From: an uncultured cyanobacterium | Lineage (GTDB): Bacteria > Cyanobacteriota > Cyanobacteriia > Cyanobacteriales > CAWUOF01 | DNA length: 64,000 nt | Direction: 5' to 3' | Assembly: GCA_963744145.1 (NCBI GenBank) | Contig: CAVUSO010000001.1 | Location: forward strand, 3,488,001-3,552,000 | Part shown: piece by piece, positions 9,425 through 18,671 of the stretch | Position numbering within the stretch: the first letter of the stretch is position 1 | Layout of the letters: every line of letters begins with the position of its first letter | Notes under the pieces: model-generated | Seen by the model: only the letters and a program-made list of their open reading frames with translations | Database searches by the model: none | Told to the model about the DNA's origin: nothing | Made by a program: the position numbers and the translations under genes

Positions 9425-12400
9425 ATGGACGAACAACGCATAGCCGCCTATTACCAACTCATCCAAAAACTACTCGAATGTCCCAATCGAGAAGAAGCGC
9501 AAATCTTAAACGACAACTTCGAGTTACTTGATCCCAGACTTTTACAAACCATAATTGCAGTCGCTAAACAATTCGATGATGATGGCAACCAAAAAGAGGT
9601 CAAATTTTTAACTAAGATTAGCTTACAACTGGGAGAATTTATCGGTAGTGACCAGCAAGCAACAGCAATCAGAAAACAGTCAGCCGATATTTTATTGGAT
9701 TGGGGACTTGAGCAATATTACGTTAGCCAGTTTCTCATCGCTTTTCAGTGTTTCCAACAGTGTATCATCATTTATCAAGCCATTCAAGATCGCCAAGGGG
9801 AAACGGCTGCTCTAGGCAATTTAGGTTTGGCTTACCTGTCTCTGGGAGAATATGAACAAGCGATCACTTGCCACAAAAAATCTTTAGCCATTTATCGAAA
9901 AGTCAAAGATATTCAAGGTAAAGCAATTTGTCTAGGAAACTTAGGTCTTGCTTATGCTACTCTGGGAGAATATAAACAAGCCATCTCGCTCTATAAAAAG
10001 TCTTTAAAGATTAGTCAGCAAATCAAAGACTGCGAAGGAGAAGAGAATTGTTTAAGAAATTTAGGGAATACTTACCTCTATCTAGGACAGGTTAAACAAG
10101 CAATTGATTGTTTTAAAAAATCTTTAACCATTAGCCAGAAAATTAAAGATTTCATGGGGGAAGCAATTTCTCTGGAAGGTTTAGGGAGTGCTTACTACTT
10201 CTTAGGAGCCTACAAACAAGCCATAACTTACCACAAACAGTCTTTAGCACTTAGTCAGAAAATCAAAAACTACCAAGGAGTAGCGATTTCTCTGAAAAGT
10301 CTAGCTGATGCTTACGACTCTCTGGGGCAAGTTGAACAAGGAATCTCTTTAATTAAAGATTCTTTAGCCATTGTTCAGGAAATTAAAGACCCCCGAGGGG
10401 AAGCTTCATGTCTGACAAGTTTAGGCAGTGCTTACTGTTCTATGGGACAATTTGAATTAGCGATCATTTTGCACAAAAAGTCTTTAGTTATTAGTCAGGA
10501 AATCAAAGATCCTAATGGGCAAGCTTCTGCTCTAGGAAATTTAGGCATTGCTTATTACTCTCTAGGACAATTTGAACTAGCTATCATTTTCCACGAACAG
10601 CAATTAGCTATTAGTCAAGAAATTAAAGATCCTAGAGATGAGGCTACAGCACTGGGAAATTTAGGCAGTGCTTACTACTCACTAAAAGAATACGGACGAG
10701 CGATCTCTTTCACCGAACAGCAATTAGCGATTAGTCAAGAAATTAAATATCGCCAAGGGGAAATAAATGCTCTGGGAAATTTAGGCAATTATTATTTAGT
10801 TCTGCAAGAATATCAAAAAGCGATAGATTTCAACGAAAAGTCTTTAGCCATTAGTCGAGAAATCAAATATTCTAAAGGAGAAGCAAATGCTCTGGGAAAT
10901 TTAGGCAATATCTACCTGTTGCTGGGACAAATTAAAGAAAAGATCATTTCTTTTAATAAGTATTGGGTCATATCGTCAGAAATAAAAGATATTCAAGGAG
11001 AAGAAATTTATTTTCCTCCAAATTTAATTACTGCTGCTAGTTTTTACAAGCAGCAATTAGCCATTTTTCATAAAATAAAAGACCGCCAAGGAGAAGCGGT
11101 TTCTCTGATAAATTTAGGCAATGCTTACTACCAATTGCAGCAACCAGAGAAAGCTATCAAAAATTATCGAGACAGCCTGAAAATTGCCACTCCCAAAACT
11201 ATGCCATCCGAATGCTTTCAAGCTGGTAAAAACTTTGGTCACGTTGCTTTTACCCAAGGTAACTGGAATCTCGCTTTAGAAGGATACGAACCTGCCATAC
11301 AAGCAATCGAACAACTGCGCCAAGGTTCAACTACCGACAAACATCGCCAAGAAATTATTAAAGAAGCCATCTCCGTTTACGCCAACGCTGTCCAATGCTA
11401 CATCAACCTCAAACAATACGATAAAGCCGTCGAAACCGCAGATCGTTCCCGATCGCGCCACCTCGCTGACTTATTCGCTAGCAAAGACCTCTACCCCCAA
11501 GGTGAAATTCCCCCCGAAGTCAAAGAATACTATCGCTTGCAACAACAAAGTAACCGTTTGCGTTTCTCTGAAAATGACGGCACAAAAGCACTTGGCACTA
11601 CTCGCCAACCAACCCCCAACAATGACGTAATCATCGAAAAGATTGAAGCAGAAAAACAAAAAGCTTGGCTGAAAATCCGCAGTAAAGATGAAGTTTTGGC
11701 GGGTCAATTGCAACCAGATCCCCTCAGTTTCGACCAGATGCAAGCCTTAATTCCTGATGCTGAAACCGCGATCCTCAATTTCTACACCACTAGCGAACAT
11801 ACCCACATTTTCGTCTTGCGGCAAAATCAACCAACCCAACTCTACACCTGCGAAGGTCAAGGAATTGAAACTTTGCAAATTTGGCTATTCAATAACTGGT
11901 TAAAACTTTATACAGAAAACCAACCCGCATGGCAAAATCAGATTGGTAAAGTTCTCTTAGAACTCGCTAACCGTTTGCAAATTAAAAACCTAATTTCCGA
12001 ACATCTTAACGGCATCAAAGAACTGATTATCATTCCTCACCTGTACCTGCATCAAATCCCCTTTGCTGCCTTACCTTTAAACAACATTTCTATTCTCCAC
12101 AGCGATCCAAATTCTGGCCAAACACGCGGCTTAAAGCCTCCCAGCAAACCCACCATTACCCCTACCAAAACCCCACCCCAACAACCCGAATACCTCGGCG
12201 ATAAATTCCGCCTCCGCATCATTCCCAGTTGCCAAATACTCAACTTTTGCCACCAGCGAGGCAACCTCAAACCTGCGACAATGGGAATCGTAGAAAATAC
12301 CACTGGTGACCTCATTTTCACTGGCTACGAGTGCGAAACTCTGGCAACTATGCACCAAGTTGATAAAAATTATCGCATCCAATACCAAGAAGCAACTATC

Positions 12401-12976
12401 GGCAACTATCAAAAATTACTGAACCAAGTGCAAGTTCTCCATTCTAGCCATCACGCGAGTTCCGATCTGAATAATTCCCTCGAATCAAAACTGTATTTAT
12501 TCGACGGTGAAATCAACGTCGGTCGTATTTTTACCTGGAGATTTAAGCACTTAGCTGAAGTGTTCCTCTCCTGCTGCGAAACAAATTTAACCTCTACCCA
12601 AATTACCGACGATCCCCTCAGTATTGCCAGTGGTTTTCTCTGTGCGGGGGCGAGAAATGTAGTTAGTACCTTGTGGGCAGTTGATGACTTAGCAACAGCT
12701 TTGTTTTGCATTTTGTACTATCAAGAAAAGCAAGATCATAGTCGTTCGGAAGCGCTGCGTCAAGCACAATTTAAGCTCCGTAACTTGACAGGAGATGAAT
12801 TATCTGCTAAGTATAAAGGACAATTAGAAGATTATTTTAAATATAAAAAAACGGGGAAAAATGCAGAAGAAATTATCAAAGATGCGCGGTTGCTTTTAGA
12901 TTTCCTTTGCCGGCAAGAATTGCCTTTTGTAAGTCCCTATCATTGGGCGGGATTTATATCACAGGGTTTAGCCTAA
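9425..12976 (+). CDS. TPR-repeat CHAT-domain (caspase-like) protease
   Basis: About 12 40-aa TPR repeats (LGNLGxAY); CHAT motifs LHQIPF, LHSSHH, FLSCCET, STLWAVDD, PYHWAGF. Confidence 0.92.
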   Translation: MDEQRIAAYYQLIQKLLECPNREEAQILNDNFELLDPRLLQTIIAVAKQFDDDGNQKEVKFLTKISLQLGEFIGSDQQATAIRKQSADILLDWGLEQYYVSQFLIAFQCFQQCIIIYQAIQDRQGETAALGNLGLAYLSLGEYEQAITCHKKSLAIYRKVKDIQGKAICLGNLGLAYATLGEYKQAISLYKKSLKISQQIKDCEGEENCLRNLGNTYLYLGQVKQAIDCFKKSLTISQKIKDFMGEAISLEGLGSAYYFLGAYKQAITYHKQSLALSQKIKNYQGVAISLKSLADAYDSLGQVEQGISLIKDSLAIVQEIKDPRGEASCLTSLGSAYCSMGQFELAIILHKKSLVISQEIKDPNGQASALGNLGIAYYSLGQFELAIIFHEQQLAISQEIKDPRDEATALGNLGSAYYSLKEYGRAISFTEQQLAISQEIKYRQGEINALGNLGNYYLVLQEYQKAIDFNEKSLAISREIKYSKGEANALGNLGNIYLLLGQIKEKIISFNKYWVISSEIKDIQGEEIYFPPNLITAASFYKQQLAIFHKIKDRQGEAVSLINLGNAYYQLQQPEKAIKNYRDSLKIATPKTMPSECFQAGKNFGHVAFTQGNWNLALEGYEPAIQAIEQLRQGSTTDKHRQEIIKEAISVYANAVQCYINLKQYDKAVETADRSRSRHLADLFASKDLYPQGEIPPEVKEYYRLQQQSNRLRFSENDGTKALGTTRQPTPNNDVIIEKIEAEKQKAWLKIRSKDEVLAGQLQPDPLSFDQMQALIPDAETAILNFYTTSEHTHIFVLRQNQPTQLYTCEGQGIETLQIWLFNNWLKLYTENQPAWQNQIGKVLLELANRLQIKNLISEHLNGIKELIIIPHLYLHQIPFAALPLNNISILHSDPNSGQTRGLKPPSKPTITPTKTPPQQPEYLGDKFRLRIIPSCQILNFCHQRGNLKPATMGIVENTTGDLIFTGYECETLATMHQVDKNYRIQYQEATIGNYQKLLNQVQVLHSSHHASSDLNNSLESKLYLFDGEINVGRIFTWRFKHLAEVFLSCCETNLTSTQITDDPLSIASGFLCAGARNVVSTLWAVDDLATALFCILYYQEKQDHSRSEALRQAQFKLRNLTGDELSAKYKGQLEDYFKYKKTGKNAEEIIKDARLLLDFLCRQELPFVSPYHWAGFISQGLA

Positions 12977-12998
12977 TACCACATAAATAAAGTGCGAT

Positions 12999-13495
12999 AT
13001 GGTACAAATAATCCAAGCCAAAGACATTACCCTAGAAGAATTAAAAAACCTTTTTAATCTTCAGTTAGTACAAGATGACCAATTCTTCAGAGAATGGCAA
13101 GAAAACCTCCCCGAACTCACGGACTTTCAAAAACAACAACTAGACCAGATCAAAGCGGGTTTTTTCAATTTATTAGAACATCCACCAATGCTGGAAAAAA
13201 CTGTCAATATGGCGATCGTCTCTCCACTTCTATTTATTGGGGAGTTTTACCTGCAACCTTTTTACATCAAGCCAGAAAAATCCATTGAAATTGTTGAGGA
13301 AGATGAAGGTGTTATTATTAAAGGTAGCCTCGACACTTTAGTATTAAAAGAGCAATTGTGGCTGATGGTGATTGAGTCTAAGCGAATTTCCTTTTCCATC
13401 GAAGCGGGACTGGCACAAATCTTAGCTTATATGTTAGCAAATCCCGACCCAAACCAACCCTGTTACGGCATGATTGCGACAGGGGGCAGTTTCAT
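12999..13495 (+). pseudogene. HsdR-N-like / restriction endonuclease-fold protein truncated by IS
   Basis: GSLD...VIESKR...AQILAYM motif; frame runs into the IS left end after GGSFI. Confidence 0.7.
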
Positions 13496-13582
13496 AGAAA
13501 TAACTCGGTAAGTGGGAAACTCAGTTCTTTAGAACTGGGAGGGAAACGGCTCGTGCGGTTTTAACCGCCAGTAAATATTTCT

Positions 13583-13990
13583 TCAATTAGCGGAGTGGTG
13601 TGGGTCTTCTATGTATTTCTTAACCACTTCACTACTAATATTACCTGCTGTGCTTACAAAATAACTGCTTGTCCAAAGACTAGGTAATTTTAATAATTGT
13701 GGAAACTCTTTTCTTAGATAATTACTTGACCTTCCTTTAAATGCTTTAACCACCAGTGCGGGGGTGTCTGTCGGTTTAACTGCCACAAATAGATGTACAT
13801 GATCTGGGGCAACTTCTAAGGCTAAAATATCCCAACCTTTCTCTATTGCCAAAGCTAAAAATATCTGACGGATTCTAGTTGCTATATCGCCGACTAGAAC
13901 TGGACGGCGACGCTTAGGGATAAATACAAAATGGTAGTTAAGCAGGAACTTGACGTGATTGTGGGTTTTGTATTCCGGTAAATTTAGCAT
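13583..13990 (-). CDS. tnpA: IS200-type Y1 HUH transposase
   Basis: YHFVFIPK, DHVH (HUH), LWTSSYFV, catalytic Tyr in KKYIE. Confidence 0.93.
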   Translation of the reverse strand: MLNLPEYKTHNHVKFLLNYHFVFIPKRRRPVLVGDIATRIRQIFLALAIEKGWDILALEVAPDHVHLFVAVKPTDTPALVVKAFKGRSSNYLRKEFPQLLKLPSLWTSSYFVSTAGNISSEVVKKYIEDPHHSAN

Positions 13991-14068
13991 AAAAAGATTG
14001 TAGATATAAGTTGACAAATCAACTATACTACGTTATGCTGTTAATAACAAGATAGAAAAGGAAAGAAA

Positions 14069-15373
14069 GTGGCTAAAGCTAGAAGTAAGACGCCAAAAAA
14101 AACCAAAGTACCGTTAGGTGTTCAGCAAAATTTGATCAATGCTGAACCAGAGTTAAAAGCAATTCTTGAATTTATTTGCTCGGAGTCGAACAAACTCCAC
14201 AATTGTGCTACCTACTATGCGCGTCAAATGTGGTTTAAAGCTCACCAATACGTCACCAAGTTTGACATAGTAAGGAATCTTACGGAAAATGTGCATTTCT
14301 CTGCACTACCCTCAGATGCAGCAGTGCAAACTTGTATCTCAGTGGGAGAGTCAATTAGCTCTTTTGCCAAGTTACGGGGGTTGTGGCTAAGTGGTCAACT
14401 TGAAACTAGACCCAAACTACCCAATTATCGAAAACCGGGGTATCAATTAGTTGCCTATCCTAAACGGTCACTAAGGTTAATTGATGGAAAGATTAGATTC
14501 CCTTTAGGATTACAGGTCAATGCTTGGTTTGGCATCAAAGAATTTTTCCTACCAATGCCAACTAACCTAGATTTTGAGTCTCTTAGAGAGGTCAGGATAC
14601 TCCCTAGAAACGGTTGCTTTTATGCTGAGTTTATCTACCCAGTTCTAGTCGAAAAACCTGTCCTAGACCCAGCTAAATGTTTGGGGATAGACCACGGTTT
14701 GAATAACTGGTTGACAGCCGTTAGTAATGTAGGGACAAGTTTTATTATTGATGGCAAACACCTAAAGTCAGTCAATCAATGGTACAACAAACAGGTCGCC
14801 AAACTTAAAGCTAATAAACCCGAAGGTTTTTGGTCTAATCGTTTAGCTGCAATGACGGAGAAACGTAATAGACAAATGAGGGACGCTATCAACAAAGCGG
14901 CTCGGATAGTGATAAACCATTGTTTAAATAATGGGATAGGAACTTTAGTTTTTGGTTGGAATAAAAGTCAAAAAGATGGGATAGAGTTAGGCAAAAAGAA
15001 CAATCAAAACTTTGTCCAAATCCCTACGGCTAGGCTTAAAGCAAGAATTCAAGAACTTTGTGAGTTGTTTGGCATTAAGTTTGCCGAAACTGAAGAAAGT
15101 TATACCAGCAAGGCTAGTTTTTTAGATGCTGATCCCATCCCAACTTACGGTGAAAAACCCGCAGGATGGACAGCATCAGGAAAAAGAGTTAGCCGTGGTT
15201 CCTATCTCAGTTCCAAAGGCACTAAGATAAATGCCGATTGCAATGGTGCAGCCAACATTTTAAGAAAAGTAGCGGTGGAGCTTGGGCTAGTCCTAAGTGA
15301 AATCAGTAGAGGTGTCTTGTACGCGCCTTTGAAGTTCAGGATCTGGACTCTTCAAGAATCTCAGTGTCTTTAG
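14069..15373 (+). CDS. tnpB: TnpB RNA-guided endonuclease
   Basis: RuvC GIDHG and NADCNGAANI; EESYTSK; next to tnpA. Confidence 0.92.
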   Translation: MAKARSKTPKKTKVPLGVQQNLINAEPELKAILEFICSESNKLHNCATYYARQMWFKAHQYVTKFDIVRNLTENVHFSALPSDAAVQTCISVGESISSFAKLRGLWLSGQLETRPKLPNYRKPGYQLVAYPKRSLRLIDGKIRFPLGLQVNAWFGIKEFFLPMPTNLDFESLREVRILPRNGCFYAEFIYPVLVEKPVLDPAKCLGIDHGLNNWLTAVSNVGTSFIIDGKHLKSVNQWYNKQVAKLKANKPEGFWSNRLAAMTEKRNRQMRDAINKAARIVINHCLNNGIGTLVFGWNKSQKDGIELGKKNNQNFVQIPTARLKARIQELCELFGIKFAETEESYTSKASFLDADPIPTYGEKPAGWTASGKRVSRGSYLSSKGTKINADCNGAANILRKVAVELGLVLSEISRGVLYAPLKFRIWTLQESQCL

Positions 15374-15388
15374 ACCTGAGAGTATCAA

Positions 15389-15575
15389 CTAACTTAAGTA
15401 AAAAAGTAACCCGACTCACACCAATCAAAGTCGCTGCCATCCCTGAAGATAGCTGATTCATTTCAAATAGCTTAACTGCCATTGCCCATTTCGCCTCTTG
15501 TTCAAATTCTGCTCTTGTCTTTCCTGTAGCATCAGGAAATGTATCTGGATAAGTAATCTTAAATTCTAAAGACAT
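15389..15575 (-). pseudogene. UPF0175-family protein truncated at the IS right end
   Basis: AVKLFE...LSSGMAATLIGVSRVTFL pattern; last codons of the ORF run into IS sequence. Confidence 0.7.
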
Positions 15576-15780
15576 CTTGTTTTTTCTCCATATTTTTACC
15601 GTTCAGTTAATCAATATCGTAACGCAGTCAAGACCCGTCGAGGATTCTGGCGGGGCATGGCCGTACCCAACCAATAAGCAGTTTCTTCTTTACCCATTTA
15701 GACAGAAAAGAAACAAGAGCGATCGCTGTAAGTATAGGTTTAGTATTGTTGCAACAGATATGACCTTAATTTCCTCAACA

Positions 15781-15990
15781 TTACTTTTGATCTTGGCGGA
15801 GTTTTGCAATATTCGCCCAAAATTCCTCTCTGGTGACGGAATTTAAGATTTGCTGACGTTCTTGGGTGTATTGGGTGTAGTTCCCTGTTCCCCATCCCAT
15901 TTCTTTCAAAAATCGAATAGTAGCGACTTGACCTAAGTTGTCAAATAAGACTTGATAGCCTTTTTCCCGAAGTTCAAAGGGTGTCATCAT
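15781..15990 (-). CDS. Small hypothetical, antitoxin-like protein
   Basis: 69 aa with GGAG RBS; ELREKGYQVL..LG...RF...GNYT pattern typical of TA neighbourhoods. Confidence 0.55.
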   Translation of the reverse strand: MMTPFELREKGYQVLFDNLGQVATIRFLKEMGWGTGNYTQYTQERQQILNSVTREEFWANIAKLRQDQK

Positions 15991-16014
15991 GTTTAGTCTC
16001 CTTCAGATTGAGAG

Positions 16015-16098
16015 CCAAAAAGAGCCAGTTCATCAATTTGCCAGCGATCACACAATGCGGCAATCTCAGCAATGGGCAAGTCGATATTTTTCTTAACC
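16015..16098 (-). pseudogene. Fragment of a second MNT nucleotidyltransferase gene
   Basis: Highly similar to 17401-17483. Confidence 0.75.
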
Positions 16099-16370
16099 AT
16101 CCCGTTTTTCGGCAGGGGGAGGGGGGCAGAGAGCAGGGGGAAAGCTGATGTAGTAAGCATCAGGAAATTCAATAATTTTTACTGATCACCACAAGTACGG
16201 GAAAACCATTTCGCGCTTCTTCGATCGCTTTGTGAATATGATCGATCAATGTTGTGATTATGGGTATAAGGCGAATTGCCAGAAAGTACCTACATGGGAA
16301 TTGAGCAAACGGCGAGTGTTCCGGCGATCAATATGGTACAATAAAATTATTGAGTTTAAAAAATTAAATC

Positions 16371-16607
16371 ATGAGTACGTCCAAAAATGAACCAACATTG
16401 GTTGATGTAATTGAAAAATTGGATAAACTATCGACAAATGTGGATCAGCTATCGATCGATGTGGATCAGCTATCGACTGATTCAGAGAAGTTTAACGATC
16501 GCTTTGCTAATTACCAGCAGGCAACTCAGTGGGTGGTACAACTTGCTTTTACTTTAATTGCTAGCGCCACCATTACGGTGATTATCACCTCAGTTTTACG
16601 CAAATAA
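16371..16607 (+). CDS. Small coiled-coil protein with C-terminal transmembrane helix
   Basis: Heptad repeats with a 21-bp tandem duplication; hydrophobic C-terminus. Confidence 0.7.
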   Translation: MSTSKNEPTLVDVIEKLDKLSTNVDQLSIDVDQLSTDSEKFNDRFANYQQATQWVVQLAFTLIASATITVIITSVLRK

Positions 16608-16841
16608 TGGCGATATGGCGATCTGATAGCCCCCCCATCTGAATTCTCTCTGGCGTTGCTTAATTAGGGTATCAAAATACAATACTTCGGACAGTTTTTG
16701 ATTGCCAACGGTAGAATAAAGGTTTCCTCAACCTATTACTCTCGCTCTGTCAATGAAAAATCAAGGGTTTCAGGCTATGACCTAAAAACTGTCCAGACTA
16801 TTGATATAATTGAATATCGGATATTGCGGAGGAGAAACTTT

Positions 16842-17181
16842 TTAATTTCTCTCAGCGATCGCGTTTTCAAGAACTGGAATAAGTCGCGGCAGTTCTACTT
16901 GAATAACTCGCCAAACTACTTCCAAATCAATATCATCGTACTTATGAGCGAGAACATTTCTCATCCCAATAATCTGATGCCAAGCAATATCAGTTATTTC
17001 TAAACCTGTGGGGTTGGATACTCGACGTGCTGCTTCACCCAAAACTTCCATCCGTCTAGTAACAGCGTCTTGGAAAAACACATCCTCAAAAAACTCCTCG
17101 ATCGTTCTTCCTGATACATAAGAAATCAGTAACTTAGCAGCATTAAGCATATCAAGTAGATAATGCGTGTCTTTAGTTCAT
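16842..17181 (-). CDS. HEPN (DUF86/HepT-like) RNase toxin; N-terminus disconnected by a 1-nt insertion
   Basis: GEAA, IGMRNVLAHKY (RX4H) motifs; conserved KDTHYLLD upstream in frame but ATG at 17181 is out of frame. Confidence 0.8.
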
Positions 17182-17509
17182 AGATAGTGATAGCTGTAGA
17201 TAAAATTTCTTGTTTCCGCAAGTAATTGCGACTCCCTTCAATTCCTTTCCGACTAATTAGATCGACTTTACGCCTAAAAATCACCTCTAACTCATCTTTA
17301 ATATCGACCAAATCAAATAATGTACGACGAGCATCTTTAGCGAATAGGTAAAGAATGTCAATATCACTATCAGGACGAAATTCTTCCCGCAAAACAGAAC
17401 CAAAAAGAGCCAGTTCATCAATTTGCCAGCGATCGCACAATAGGGCAATTTCAGCGATCGGCAAGTCGATATTTTTCTTAACCTGGTTGGGGAGTTGAGC
17501 AAGAGGCAT
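17126..17509 (-). CDS. Minimal nucleotidyltransferase (MntA-like) antitoxin
   Basis: LFGSVLR...DSDIDI, RKVDL motifs; immediately upstream of HEPN gene. Confidence 0.88.
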   Translation of the reverse strand: MPLAQLPNQVKKNIDLPIAEIALLCDRWQIDELALFGSVLREEFRPDSDIDILYLFAKDARRTLFDLVDIKDELEVIFRRKVDLISRKGIEGSRNYLRKQEILSTAITIYELKTRIIYLICLMLLSY

Positions 17510-17685
17510 AAATATACTCCATATTTCCTGCGCGTTCTAAATTATTTGATGGTGATATTTGAGCTGGTACTTTTTTCTGTTCATTAGCGGATAGTTCCTT
17601 CGATTAATTTTATGATGCGATCGCTACCCATTTAGACAGAAAATAAACAGGGGCGATCGCGATCGGTGTATGGCAAAATAAACTG

Positions 17686-18141
17686 CTATATTTCTGACTT
17701 ATTTTCATCCAGGTTTTTAATTTCTTTAACCAGAGCGGAATATTTGTCCATAAGCTTTGATTCTTCAGCAGATAAAATTCCTTTCTGTTTGCGTAGTAGT
17801 AAACCAGCAATACGGATCAACTCTTCCTGTTGATTTTCTGGTAAGTTTTGGAGGATTTGGTTTCCCATATAAATAAATTCAAATTGAGTATTCACTTTGT
17901 CAATTCCTTGTTTAAATTCATTTTTTACTTTTGCAATAAATTGGTTCCAGTTCCAGGTATTGGAGTTGATGTTGGCGTCGGGGTCTTCAACCTTGTCCAT
18001 CAAGCGATCGCGATGTTGGGCCAAATTCTCCAGTGCGGAGTCCAGCGATATCAAATTTGTCTTCACCGATGCAATTTTTTTTGCTAACGGTTTGCGTTTA
18101 TCAATAATGCTATTGATTTGCTCGGTTCTAAGTACATTCAT
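17686..18141 (-). CDS. Hypothetical coiled-coil protein, possibly an internally deleted remnant of a larger gene
   Basis: 151-aa ORF; abrupt compositional switch after KVEDPD; family not firmly recognised. Confidence 0.4.
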   Translation of the reverse strand: MNVLRTEQINSIIDKRKPLAKKIASVKTNLISLDSALENLAQHRDRLMDKVEDPDANINSNTWNWNQFIAKVKNEFKQGIDKVNTQFEFIYMGNQILQNLPENQQEELIRIAGLLLRKQKGILSAEESKLMDKYSALVKEIKNLDENKSEI

Positions 18142-18332
18142 AGGATAGCTATTTTTAACCCGTATTTTTAAGTATAGGTTATTTGACCTGATCTAAATTA
18201 GATTTTACACATTCTTTATCTTTATGGCGGTAGACAAAATCACAAAAATAACTTATAACTAAGTTGAGTAACTCTTTTTATACCAATAAACCCATGAAAT
18301 TGCACTTAATCTGACGTTAATCTGTTAGGCTC

Positions 18333-18480
18333 AGGGCAGGTTTATCATGGTGATCTGTTGGTGACAGAATTTATTGGTGAACCTGCCTCTACCAATTTTA
18401 TCCTCAATTTGCGGGTTTCTGTAGGGGTGGGTTCACCGAGATTTTTGCTATTTACCTACTAATCATAAAAACCCACCCCC
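18333..18480. repeat. Pair of REP-like inverted repeats
   Basis: AGGGCAGGTT...AACCTGCCTCT and GGGGTGGGTT...AACCCACCCC. Confidence 0.65.
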
Positions 18481-18671
18481 ACCCACAGATCAATCTGATC
18501 AATGTATCTTCATCGTCAATTGGTATTAGTCTCACTATCTATACTTAGCGATCGCAGTTGATCCTCAAAATATCGCTTGATCCGATCGCTAAATTAATCA
18601 CACAATATCTCTAAAATCCTGGCTAATTTCCCTGTATAATACCTAATATTTGGAGCTGATCAAAAGAAAAA

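Larger units (their letters stand above)
13496..15388. mobile_element. IS200/IS605-family element with divergent tnpA and tnpB
   Basis: Subterminal hairpins CTCAGTTCTTTAGAACTGGG (13520-13539) and CTCAGTGTCTTTAGACCTGAG (15360-15380); right end TCAA at 15385-15388; left boundary inferred. Confidence 0.88.

Noticed and set aside
9780..11130. ~120-bp periodic DNA repeats
   Set aside because: Explained by TPR coding repeats
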